Positions 19,469 through 28,899 of a DNA stretch of 64,000 bases are shown here, in pieces. Origin of the DNA: Ignavibacteria bacterium. Its GTDB lineage: Bacteria; Bacteroidota; Ignavibacteria; OLB7. Below the pieces are notes generated by a model. That model had not been told where the DNA came from. It saw only the letters and a list, made by a program, of their open reading frames with translations, and ran no database searches. The translations under genes were made by a program, and so were the position numbers. Numbering within the stretch: position 1 is the first letter of the stretch; the number at the start of each line of letters is the position of its first letter. The DNA is taken from NCBI GenBank assembly GCA_020635205.1, contig JACKAE010000001.1:22059-86058 (forward strand), given 5' to 3'.

Positions 19469-22400
19469 TCATCGTTGAACGATTATCTTCTCCGTTACTC
19501 GACCGTTCAACGTCTTTAACTCTACAAGGTAGGTTCCCGGCTTCAGCGTGCTTCCATCGAACTCGACGGCGTAGCGGCCTGCTTCAAACAACTCCTTCTC
19601 GATCATCCGTTCAACTTCTCGACCCATCGCGTCGTAGACTGTCATGCTCACGTGTTCCTTCCTACTTACCGAGAATCGGAACTCCGTCTCGCCCGTCGTC
19701 GGGTTCGGTTGGGCCGAGATGCGGAGTCCGTTCCCCGCTTCGCCGTCGAGTTTGCGAACCCGTTTACCTGCCAGGCTTTCGATCCAGCCTTGAGTGCGAC
19801 CAGATGTCCACATCGCTGTGCTGTCGAGTGCGAAGTTCGAGAGAAGATTGCTCGAAGCGAGGCGGAGCCGGACGTAATATGTGCCGGAGAGAACCTCAAT
19901 CACTTTGTCGGTGATCCGATACTCTGCGGGGTTTGTCGTCACGTCAAGTCGTGTGGAGTCGAGCAGGTAGGCACGGACACCCGTAGCCGAGTCGACGAGT
20001 TCTAACAGAAAATCGATCGACTTTCCCGTTGCAGTTGCCGAGTCACCGTGGAAAAATTGCAGAGCCATCGTTCCCCCTATCGCAACGCTATCTCCGGTGC
20101 TGAACGACTCTGTTTTGAGAAGAGCCAGAAGATCAGTCAAGCTGTCTGGGACTGCCTCGGCTATCAGGTTGAGGTTGCGACTCTCTTCAGCATCACTGAA
20201 CCAGACATCGTAGAGTCGAGCGGAGAATCCAATCGGTACTGAGTCGTTCAGTCGCGCCCCCACTTCACGTCCATCGGCCAAGTATCCATCGGGTCGGGTG
20301 CGGGCGTAGTACTGGCGTGTTGTTCTGAGGGTGCTGTCGGGAGGGAGACCGTAGAGGACAGAGTATCTATTCACCAACTTCCCCTCTGATGCTGTTCCGT
20401 TTGGATTATATCCTCCGTGGTTAAAGGTCTTCCAGTATTGGTACTGCCACGTTGGTGTAGCACCCATCAACCATTCAGCCTCGACTTGGTGCATCAGACT
20501 TGTTAAATCATCCCGTTGGAAGACGATAGAGAAGAGAGGAGCCTCAGAGGAATCAGCAGGAACCATCACCTGATTTTGTGAGGAGACAACCGGAAAGGCA
20601 TAATCTGATGAATTTGCTAAGTACATCTCTCGGCTTATCCACGTTCCCATCAACGACGATTGATTATAGGCAGTGTCGAAAAAGATTGATCGGAAGAAGA
20701 CATCAGAATAATAGTCGTCGCGCACCCAAATGCCATTCTCGTAGACAGGAAAGAACCGATACCACTCCCAGGTCACCCCCTCCATCACCCGGCCAAGTCC
20801 ATCTTGGGATTGGTCAATTGAGGGGTGGATGTAGTGATTGGCCAATACTCCCTGAGGAACTCCATTATACGGATTGGTAAAGGGAAAGGGAGAAATGTAG
20901 TAGGGTGAATTCATCGTATTTATCTCGAATGAGAACTGCAGCTTTGGACCTGCCGTGGGAGGGATATAGTTCAATCGACCATAGACAATACCGATGTAGA
21001 TTCCGTACGTGTTGGTATCGGGCTGCTGCCAGACGATTGGGGCTGATTGCTGCTTCATCTGACGGTGAGTAAAAGGGGGCATCGATGGATATTGACCAAT
21101 GCCATACCCCTGAGATGGTTGATAAAATTGGCTTATCGTATCGTATGGTGTCCAGACCGGAAAGTTCAGGAAGTTGGTATCCATTAAGCGTCCTCGCGCG
21201 ACGATGCCAACAGTTGAATCGCTCCAAGCAATGTACTCCCCAATACCACTATCACCACTTGCCGAGGAGATCACCGGTGTTCCCCATTGGTAGGGGTCTA
21301 ATCCGTAGTGGTAGCCAACACTCTTGATTGGTTGGACGAACATATCTTCGATGGTGTCCCCATTCGAGTTGGTATAGGTAAAGTATTGAATATCCCGAAT
21401 CAAGACTTCACGCTGTCCGACAAAACCGGTGTCGTTCGGGTGGGCAGTCCAGACGATGGAGACACGCGGGGTTGCCTTGTTTGTGTAGGAACGAATAGTA
21501 ATCGAAGGGTGTGTATTCTGTGTGCGAGTCTGGCCACCGGTCATGTTCCCGGAGACAGGCCACTCTATCGGTTCCCAGAGAATCGCCCCCAACTCCTGCA
21601 TCGGCAGAGAGCGACGGAAGAAGACGTGGTAGTCACTCAGTGCACTATCCCAGCGAAAATAGGTCGAGAAATACCGGTCTGTTTTAGGATCGTACACAAT
21701 TTTGCGTTGATTGCTGTGCGAGAGATCACCCGGAGCCATCGATTCGTCCGGTTGGGTGTAGGTTATGCGTAGAAGTGCGGCTCGACCTGCGCCTAACGTT
21801 AAGCGTACTGTGGCTATTCCTGAGCCTACTGATGAAACAACCGTGTCGAGTCCGGCTCTCTTCCCTATCAGTGGAAGGTGGGTTGTGTCGGGAACAACTT
21901 CCACCACTCGAACAAATCGGTTATACTGGTTTGAGGTATCTGGACTTACCAATTTGAGCGTCAACTCGATTGTGCGCGTTTCGCTCAGTGTGTCGAGAAT
22001 TGCCTTCGTTGCGGAGGAGTAGCCGATGTCGGCACTGTCGTAGTTTCCTGTCTCGAATACTCTCCTGTTCACAACGCTGATCCAGTTCGTATCATTAAGT
22101 CTGTTGCGTACTCCTCCGGTTGTGTCAATCATCGTATCGTACAGTCCGATCTCTACGTATGTTCGGTTTAGTGAATCAACAACACCGGTAATGGGATGCC
22201 ACGCCTTTACACCTTTGATGATTTCATTGGAGGGTATGGTGCGGTGGAGAACCCCCTGTGTGCCCCCCGCCCCATCATACTCTGCGGCTGGTTCATCTTG
22301 CTGAAAGTGAATGCTGTAGGCATCCCGCCAGTGGAGGCGTTTGGTGTAGCTGCCAATCTGCTTGAACCAAGCTAACCGCTCTTTTAACTCCTTGTAGGTA

Positions 22401-24652
22401 TCGCGAAACCCGAAGTAGAGATCATCAATCATACCCAACGTGTCGTGACGAAATTCACCGTTCGCATCAACTGATCCAGAGGTTCGAAGCTGCAGCGGGT
22501 AGTCGATGAAGTTGTAGAGCGTATCGCGCAGCGTTAGGCCACCAAAGCCACTCTCAGCAACCTTCTCAGTAATAAGGTAGTCGTTGTCATCGAATAGGTG
22601 CCACGGGTAGACGTTGAACTTGTATAAGGCTAATCCGTAAGAACCGTAGCCGAGAACCATTGCGTTCAGAAGTGCCCGAACCTCCGCACGCTCGAAGCGG
22701 TGGTCCATAAGTGTGTCGTAGCCCCCCGCTCCACTCGCTATCTTGAAAAAACTCTGCAACCCTGCATAGCCAGTGTAGCGTCGGCCAGTGATTCTGCCAA
22801 GGTGGGCAGTCTCGTACATTGTTTTCATTCGCCACAAGTGGGTCTTCCCCTCTGTATAGTTGAACGTCTGTCCCGGAATTGCCGCCCCGAGCCTTCCGTG
22901 TTGCCAGAGAAGCTCCATCGTGTCGATACGCCCTTGCAGGAGTGCTGCGTAGCCAGATATCGACATCGAATCGAAGTCGAACAGGTGTGGAACCCCAAAT
23001 CTTCCACCGTCGTGTTGTTTTGCACTCGGGATATCGGGAATTGGAACACCCCCTGCCTTAATACCGAACTGATCCCCAAAGTTCCAGAAGCTCCGCCCGA
23101 TGTAGTTCCCCACCACCGACCGACTCGCATCCCCGTTCCACTCGATGTAGGGAACTGCCCAACCATGTTCAGAGGTCATCGTGTCGCCGGTGGCGAAGAC
23201 GTAAGCGGGGTTGTTCTGAATCACATTGTTCTTCAAACCGCGGTAGCCGTTGTAGGCTAAGGGGGGAGGCTCGTCCGTTCCGTAAACGCTGAGGAAACCA
23301 GACTTAAGTGTTGAGGTGGAGAAATCCATCGCAAGTGTGTCAATCTCTCGCCGGGCAGCATCCCTGTAGTCTACCCCCTCGGTATCATCTGTCCACAACA
23401 TGTGGGTGATAGAGTCCCGGACGCTCACCGAGTGCAAAGCCATCTTCTCTGTGCCAACGTAGATTACCTCGAGGTCGATACTCTTAGCAGTTACTCCAGT
23501 GTCAGCTGGTCCCCCCATCCCCTCACGTTGGAAGTTGATTTTTTTTGCGACTTCATGATAGATGTCCCAGTTAAAGGGTGGATTTCCTACTGGTTTCAAC
23601 TCTGCTTTCGTTACTGCAACAGATTTATAGAGAAAACGCAAGTTCGTATCGGCAGTTTGGAGCGTGTAAGGAGACGCAGAATCGCGGTACGTCTTCCCCT
23701 TGTCCACTTCATAGTAGATGTTAAGGATAAGCATCGTATCGTTGTCGGCTCCTTCGCCACCATTAAACAGATGCCCTTTGATTGTGAGATAGTGGGGAGA
23801 CCGGAACGCATTCCAGATATCCCCTTTGTATTCTCCCGGCTTTTCTGGATCCGGCCCATAATAGCTAACCCCATCGAAGAGTTCTGAAGAGTTGATCGGA
23901 TTGTCTGTCGTTACCCAGTTCGTCCCGTTGAATGTCTGATCCCACCGCTCAGTCTGACTACTCTTGTGGCGGAAGGCGATGCCGGAGGCGACGGTATCGC
24001 CAGAAGAGGATGGGAGATAAACTGCTTCGCGATAGTGATAATCTTGCTTACGGAAAAAGTCGTGTACGTAAAGAGAAAATGGATTTACTCGCAATGAATC
24101 ATACAGATAGTTGGTAAACACATTATCATACCACGGAGAGACAGTCAGCAGGTTCGTCAGATACCCCAGTCCACGCATCTCCGACGTATCGAAGGGATAG
24201 AAGACTGCCTCGCGCGCCTGCTGCGACTGGTGAATGTATGAGGGAAGCCCGTGGTGTCCATCATAACTGGTAAGGGGAACAACGTACTTCCCAGTCGGGG
24301 CTGAGTTGATGAGGGTCTGGTATCGCCCCCACCGGTCGAACTTGTAGGTCCCCTTCTCCACTGAATAGATTACGTAGTCTCCACCAATCCGGCTCACGTA
24401 ATCCCACACCTCATTCATTGCCACTTGGTTATAACTGTAGAACCAGATACCGACAGGAAAGTCGTCTGGGAACTGTCGGGGGATGTTTACCCTGTCGGCC
24501 AGTGTAGAGTCGTACCACTCACGGTATCCGGCCGGTTGCCCTGAGCTTTCGGGGGGAAAGAGGAGAGGGAAGAAAAGAATAAGGGCGGCAAGTTGCCAGC
24601 TTCGCAGCATAGACTGCCACCTTGTTCTGTTAGTGGTATTCATAGAGGGCAC
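19469..24652 (-). CDS. Very large (1727 aa) T9SS cargo protein of unknown function.
   Basis: Uninterrupted 5.2-kb ORF. N-terminal signal 'WQLAALILFFPLLFPPESSGQ'. Canonical C-terminal T9SS domain 'RISAQPNPTTGETEFRF...MTVYDAMGREV...GTYLVELKTLNGRVTEKIIVQR'. Confidence 0.7.
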   Translation of the reverse strand: MPSMNTTNRTRWQSMLRSWQLAALILFFPLLFPPESSGQPAGYREWYDSTLADRVNIPRQFPDDFPVGIWFYSYNQVAMNEVWDYVSRIGGDYVIYSVEKGTYKFDRWGRYQTLINSAPTGKYVVPLTSYDGHHGLPSYIHQSQQAREAVFYPFDTSEMRGLGYLTNLLTVSPWYDNVFTNYLYDSLRVNPFSLYVHDFFRKQDYHYREAVYLPSSSGDTVASGIAFRHKSSQTERWDQTFNGTNWVTTDNPINSSELFDGVSYYGPDPEKPGEYKGDIWNAFRSPHYLTIKGHLFNGGEGADNDTMLILNIYYEVDKGKTYRDSASPYTLQTADTNLRFLYKSVAVTKAELKPVGNPPFNWDIYHEVAKKINFQREGMGGPADTGVTAKSIDLEVIYVGTEKMALHSVSVRDSITHMLWTDDTEGVDYRDAARREIDTLAMDFSTSTLKSGFLSVYGTDEPPPLAYNGYRGLKNNVIQNNPAYVFATGDTMTSEHGWAVPYIEWNGDASRSVVGNYIGRSFWNFGDQFGIKAGGVPIPDIPSAKQHDGGRFGVPHLFDFDSMSISGYAALLQGRIDTMELLWQHGRLGAAIPGQTFNYTEGKTHLWRMKTMYETAHLGRITGRRYTGYAGLQSFFKIASGAGGYDTLMDHRFERAEVRALLNAMVLGYGSYGLALYKFNVYPWHLFDDNDYLITEKVAESGFGGLTLRDTLYNFIDYPLQLRTSGSVDANGEFRHDTLGMIDDLYFGFRDTYKELKERLAWFKQIGSYTKRLHWRDAYSIHFQQDEPAAEYDGAGGTQGVLHRTIPSNEIIKGVKAWHPITGVVDSLNRTYVEIGLYDTMIDTTGGVRNRLNDTNWISVVNRRVFETGNYDSADIGYSSATKAILDTLSETRTIELTLKLVSPDTSNQYNRFVRVVEVVPDTTHLPLIGKRAGLDTVVSSVGSGIATVRLTLGAGRAALLRITYTQPDESMAPGDLSHSNQRKIVYDPKTDRYFSTYFRWDSALSDYHVFFRRSLPMQELGAILWEPIEWPVSGNMTGGQTRTQNTHPSITIRSYTNKATPRVSIVWTAHPNDTGFVGQREVLIRDIQYFTYTNSNGDTIEDMFVQPIKSVGYHYGLDPYQWGTPVISSASGDSGIGEYIAWSDSTVGIVARGRLMDTNFLNFPVWTPYDTISQFYQPSQGYGIGQYPSMPPFTHRQMKQQSAPIVWQQPDTNTYGIYIGIVYGRLNYIPPTAGPKLQFSFEINTMNSPYYISPFPFTNPYNGVPQGVLANHYIHPSIDQSQDGLGRVMEGVTWEWYRFFPVYENGIWVRDDYYSDVFFRSIFFDTAYNQSSLMGTWISREMYLANSSDYAFPVVSSQNQVMVPADSSEAPLFSIVFQRDDLTSLMHQVEAEWLMGATPTWQYQYWKTFNHGGYNPNGTASEGKLVNRYSVLYGLPPDSTLRTTRQYYARTRPDGYLADGREVGARLNDSVPIGFSARLYDVWFSDAEESRNLNLIAEAVPDSLTDLLALLKTESFSTGDSVAIGGTMALQFFHGDSATATGKSIDFLLELVDSATGVRAYLLDSTRLDVTTNPAEYRITDKVIEVLSGTYYVRLRLASSNLLSNFALDSTAMWTSGRTQGWIESLAGKRVRKLDGEAGNGLRISAQPNPTTGETEFRFSVSRKEHVSMTVYDAMGREVERMIEKELFEAGRYAVEFDGSTLKPGTYLVELKTLNGRVTEKIIVQR

Positions 24653-24725
24653 TCCTGTTTGATGGTGAATTGAAGAGCCAGTATAGCTCCTTTACTATTA
24701 CTGCTATTACGAAAGTTTTTATGCT

Positions 24726-26411
24726 CTACTGTTTGATGATTGGTGCTGTTCCAATTACCTCACCTCCCCCATCGAAGGCAACCACGCGGTAGGCTCCAGA
24801 GGGAATATCTCCACACTCCCACAACGCCGCACCTATCGAGGAGTTCACCTCTCCACGCACAACCTCACGTCCCGACATGTCGTATGCCGCAAACCATGCT
24901 GGCTTCTTCTTCAAGTTCCCTCGCCAGGCAATGTGCAACTCATCAATTACCGGGTTCGGCCACACGTACAACCCACCACTCTCGCCAGCGATTGGGTATT
25001 CTTGCACACTCAGCGTCGTGTCGTCTAACGGTATGCTCGGACCACCCGCAACAACAACTGCTACACCTGCGGTGATCCCTCCTGGCCAGCCATAGTCTCC
25101 GATGATGAAATCTCCATACCCATCACCTGTCACGTCACCGGCTGGACGCATCACAATCACATTCAAGTGATCCAATGCCGGACTGTACCACGCCTCGTAG
25201 TCGTAATCTGGACCATACGCGCTTCCAGAGACCAACAACATCGTAGGCTTCTCACCAGGGCGGAGGGGTTCGGCTAAGGGCAACATATCGTACCGATAGG
25301 CTGTGTCGTTGAGCGAACCGACTCGGTAATCGAACAAGCCAGTCTTGTAGAACAGGTCGGCAGAGTCAATGGAGAAGCTGCGGGTACGAACGTTTCCCCG
25401 CGTTGAGAGATAGACCGACGTGCCATCGATCGTTCCGCCACCATATCCAGCGATGTCGGCGGCAGCATCTCCATCGAGATGATAGAAGCCGAGATTCAGT
25501 GTGCTGTTGATACCAGTGACACCACTTACCAGAGGGAGGTTGCGATCAGCAGGACGTTGAGACCATGAAGCAGGAGAGTTGTTATCACCCCAGAAGAAGC
25601 GGAGCATGTATCCACCTTGAGGGTAGTTTCCACCGAAGGCCAAATCGAATTTATGATCTCCATCGAAGTCTTCAAACCAGACTTGCCAGGCATCAGCTTC
25701 GCCGAACTGGCTGGTATCCTTGACAATCACATCGGGTTCTTCTAACTGAAAGTCTGGACCGCCATAGTAGATCCATACCTGGTTCGATCTATCGATTCCT
25801 GTATCGCGTCGATAACCTACTCGTAAGCCGCCAAGCACCACTATTACATCATCAATACCATCATTGTTTACATCAGATACCAGAATATCTTCAAGGAAAC
25901 GCTCTACTGGCGGTACTTTCTTGCCATGATCCACCGTTAGAAATGGAGTTCGATTAATCCCAGCACTCGTGAACTCATGCAACTGCATAATCTCATAATA
26001 GCGTGTCGCTTCATCCACGACTTCCTGATAGCCGTTGAGGTATAACACCGATTGTCGGCCATCTCCATAAAAATCTTTTATATAAGGCAATGTGGAACCA
26101 ACTGAATCTGATACCCATATAGGATCAGTTGAGAGATTCTTCCCTCCGGCATAATAGTACCAACGCCACTCCGAACGCTTATACTGGGCAAAATCAGCCG
26201 TATCATCTCCGTTGATATCCACTCCACCCCACACGTTATACCCAATCTCCTCAAATAAGATGGCATCCCCCCGTACCTCCCACACCTTCTGCAACTGCAC
26301 GGCGTTCGGGTTTGCTTTCAACACGTTTTGGCTCCGTAGCGGTATGCTCGTCAGGGTGAGTAACCCGATGAGTGGGAGCAATAGGAGTGTATGGAGAGTA
26401 TCTCTGTTCAT
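24726..26411 (-). CDS. FG-GAP repeat (integrin-alpha-like beta-propeller) protein with a T9SS C-terminal domain. Tandem paralogue 1.
   Basis: Signal 'MNRDTLHTLLLLPLIGLLTLTSIPLRSQ'. FG-GAP/Ca-binding motifs 'DINGDDTADF', 'DVNNDGIDDVIV', 'DFDGDHKFDL' and 'GDVTGDGYGDFIIGD'. CTD 'LYVWPNPVIDELHIAW...AYDMSGREV...SGAYRVVAFDGGGEVIGTAPIIKQ'. An alternative upstream start lies at 26456. Confidence 0.7.
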   Translation of the reverse strand: MNRDTLHTLLLLPLIGLLTLTSIPLRSQNVLKANPNAVQLQKVWEVRGDAILFEEIGYNVWGGVDINGDDTADFAQYKRSEWRWYYYAGGKNLSTDPIWVSDSVGSTLPYIKDFYGDGRQSVLYLNGYQEVVDEATRYYEIMQLHEFTSAGINRTPFLTVDHGKKVPPVERFLEDILVSDVNNDGIDDVIVVLGGLRVGYRRDTGIDRSNQVWIYYGGPDFQLEEPDVIVKDTSQFGEADAWQVWFEDFDGDHKFDLAFGGNYPQGGYMLRFFWGDNNSPASWSQRPADRNLPLVSGVTGINSTLNLGFYHLDGDAAADIAGYGGGTIDGTSVYLSTRGNVRTRSFSIDSADLFYKTGLFDYRVGSLNDTAYRYDMLPLAEPLRPGEKPTMLLVSGSAYGPDYDYEAWYSPALDHLNVIVMRPAGDVTGDGYGDFIIGDYGWPGGITAGVAVVVAGGPSIPLDDTTLSVQEYPIAGESGGLYVWPNPVIDELHIAWRGNLKKKPAWFAAYDMSGREVVRGEVNSSIGAALWECGDIPSGAYRVVAFDGGGEVIGTAPIIKQ

Positions 26412-26549
26412 GGTTGTTCTTACATAATCATTTTTGGTTGCTTGTACTATGTACAATTCTAAGCTCTATCGTACAAGTGAAATTTCATGCCTATGAACTC
26501 CTCATTGAGAAGGATAGTGCCCCTCTCTGCCGAACGGTATTGATAGTTC

Positions 26550-28232
26550 CTATCCTTTTACAATTGGAGCAGTACCGATTACTTGGCTCCCCCCATCGAA
26601 GGCAACCACGCGGTAGGCTCCAGAGGGAATATCTCGACACTCCCACAACGCCGCACCTATCGACGAGTTTACCTCTCCACGCACAACCTCACGTCCCGAC
26701 ATGTCGTATGCCGCAAACCACGCTGGCTTCTTCGCCAAGTTTCCTCGCCAGGCAATGTGCAACTCATCGATCACCGGGTTCGGCCAGAGATACAATCCAC
26801 CCGACTCACCAGCAATTGGGTATTCCTGCACACTCAGTGTCGTGTCGTCCAACGGTATACTTGGACCACCTGCCACAACAAAGGCAATCCCACTCCGGAT
26901 TCCCCCACCAAACATTCCATCACCTGCAATGAAATCATCATAGCCATCTCCTGTCACATCGTGGATGCCCAATAACTTTGAAAAGTCGACGTGATCCAAT
27001 GCTGGACTGTACCACGCCTCATAATCATAGTCTGGGCCATACGTACTTCCCGATACTAAGATCAACGAGCGTTGTTCGCCTTGTTTCAATGGTGCTCCCA
27101 GTGGCAGCATCTCATAGCGACGTAGAGTGTCGTTCAGATAGCCAGGCGAATCCTGAAACAGTCCCGTCTTATAGAATAAATCGGCTGAATCGACTGAGAA
27201 ACTGCGTGTACGAACGTTCCCTCGGGTCGAGAGATAGACCGATGTCCCATCAATCCCACCTCCAGTGTATCCAGCAATGTCTACGGCATCGTCACCATCC
27301 AACCGATAGAATCCTACACTCGTTGTTGCATTGATTCCCGTCTGGCCATCTATTAACGGCACATTACGATCTGCTGAACGTTGTGACCATGATGTTGGTG
27401 AGTTCTCATCCCCCCAATAGAAGCGGAGCATCTGGCCACCGAGTTGATACCCTCCAGCAAAGATCATATCGAGCTTGTGATCTCCATCGAGATCTGCAAA
27501 GTGTACATCCCAATAATATTCAGGCTCACCATACTGACTACTATCCTTGACAATCACATCCGGCTCCTCTAACTGAAAGTCTGGGCCGCCATAGTAGATC
27601 CACACCTGATTATTCGCGTCTAAGCCTTCTCCTCGGACTTGACCTGTTCGAACACCATACATGGAGACAATTACATCATCAATCCCATCATTATTCACAT
27701 CTTCCACGTATAGGTTATGAAAACTCCGTGAAATCGGGGGAACATGCTTCCCTAAATCCTCTGATACTATTGCGACTCTACTTAACCCCGTATCAGCCAA
27801 TTCGTAAAGATTTAGGATATCATATGTATAGTAAAAGTCATCAATCTCTAATCGATACCCACCTACCCACAGCATGTACTGACGACCATCGCCATAAAAA
27901 TCACCAACTGATGGAAGTCCCATTGAATCAATCGTTAGAATCGGCTCAGTCGATAGTGACTTTCCTCCAGCATAAAAGTACCAGCGATATTCTGAACGTT
28001 TGAATTGCCCAAAGTCGGCTGTATCGTCTCCATTCAGATCGACTCCTCCCCAGACATCATACCCAATCTCCTCAAACAAGATGGCATCCCCCCGTACCTC
28101 CCATACCTTCTGCAACTGCACGGCGTTCGGGTTCGGCTTCAACACGTTTTGGCTCCGCAGTGGTATGCTCTTCAGCGTGAGTATCCCGATGAGTGGGAGC
28201 AATAGGAGTGTATGGAGAGTATCTCTGTTCAT
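26550..28232 (-). CDS. FG-GAP repeat protein with a T9SS C-terminal domain. Tandem paralogue 2.
   Basis: Same N-terminus, FG-GAP motifs and CTD as 24726..26411. The upstream intergenic sequence is also duplicated (26457-26549 matches 28278-28370). Confidence 0.7.
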   Translation of the reverse strand: MNRDTLHTLLLLPLIGILTLKSIPLRSQNVLKPNPNAVQLQKVWEVRGDAILFEEIGYDVWGGVDLNGDDTADFGQFKRSEYRWYFYAGGKSLSTEPILTIDSMGLPSVGDFYGDGRQYMLWVGGYRLEIDDFYYTYDILNLYELADTGLSRVAIVSEDLGKHVPPISRSFHNLYVEDVNNDGIDDVIVSMYGVRTGQVRGEGLDANNQVWIYYGGPDFQLEEPDVIVKDSSQYGEPEYYWDVHFADLDGDHKLDMIFAGGYQLGGQMLRFYWGDENSPTSWSQRSADRNVPLIDGQTGINATTSVGFYRLDGDDAVDIAGYTGGGIDGTSVYLSTRGNVRTRSFSVDSADLFYKTGLFQDSPGYLNDTLRRYEMLPLGAPLKQGEQRSLILVSGSTYGPDYDYEAWYSPALDHVDFSKLLGIHDVTGDGYDDFIAGDGMFGGGIRSGIAFVVAGGPSIPLDDTTLSVQEYPIAGESGGLYLWPNPVIDELHIAWRGNLAKKPAWFAAYDMSGREVVRGEVNSSIGAALWECRDIPSGAYRVVAFDGGSQVIGTAPIVKG

Positions 28233-28370
28233 TGTTGTTCTTACATAATCATTTTTGGTTGCTTGTACTATGTACAATTCTAAGCTCTATCGCACAAGTG
28301 AATTCTCACGCCAATAAGCTCCTCATTGAGAAGGATAGTGCCCGTTTCTGCCGAATGATATTGATAGTTC

Positions 28371-28460
28371 CTATCCTTTTACAATTGGAGCAGTACCGAT
28401 TACTTGGCTCCCCTCATCGAAGGCAACCACGCGGTAGGCTCCAGAGGAGATAGTGGTTAA
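28371..28460 (-). pseudogene. Remnant 3' end of a third FG-GAP/T9SS paralogue.
   Basis: Only the last ~30 codons ('SGAYRVVAFDEGSQVIGTAPIVKG') and the downstream intergenic sequence are conserved. Homology ends abruptly at ~28460. Confidence 0.55.
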
Positions 28461-28899
28461 GAGATTTATTCTTCTCTGGAACTCCTCACCGCAAGGCTTC
28501 CTGGGCTTTTCTCCCGAACAAGATTCATATAGAGCGTGTTGACAATCACGATTTCCAGAAGGGACGCACCGCTGGTGCTCCACGGCAGAGGTATCGTCGA
28601 ATTCCTCGCGCTCACGCACGAGGCTATCAACCGGCTGTCGCTCCGCGATGTAACAGAACCATTACCGAAGAGCCGCAGCGCGGCGAACCGTTGGTAGCCT
28701 GGAGCGGAAGCTCCGGGCAACGAGAGTCTACCGAGAGCGTAGCTCCAGAGGAGCGTTCCTCCATTGAGGGCAGAGCGATCAGCGCATTGTCTGTCAACAC
28801 GCTATAGAAGTCTTTCCGTCATCGCTGCCGGCATCAGCACTAACACCACATCTCGAATATCTCTCTTGCCATTTCCCCTCAATCGGCATAACTTCTTCT

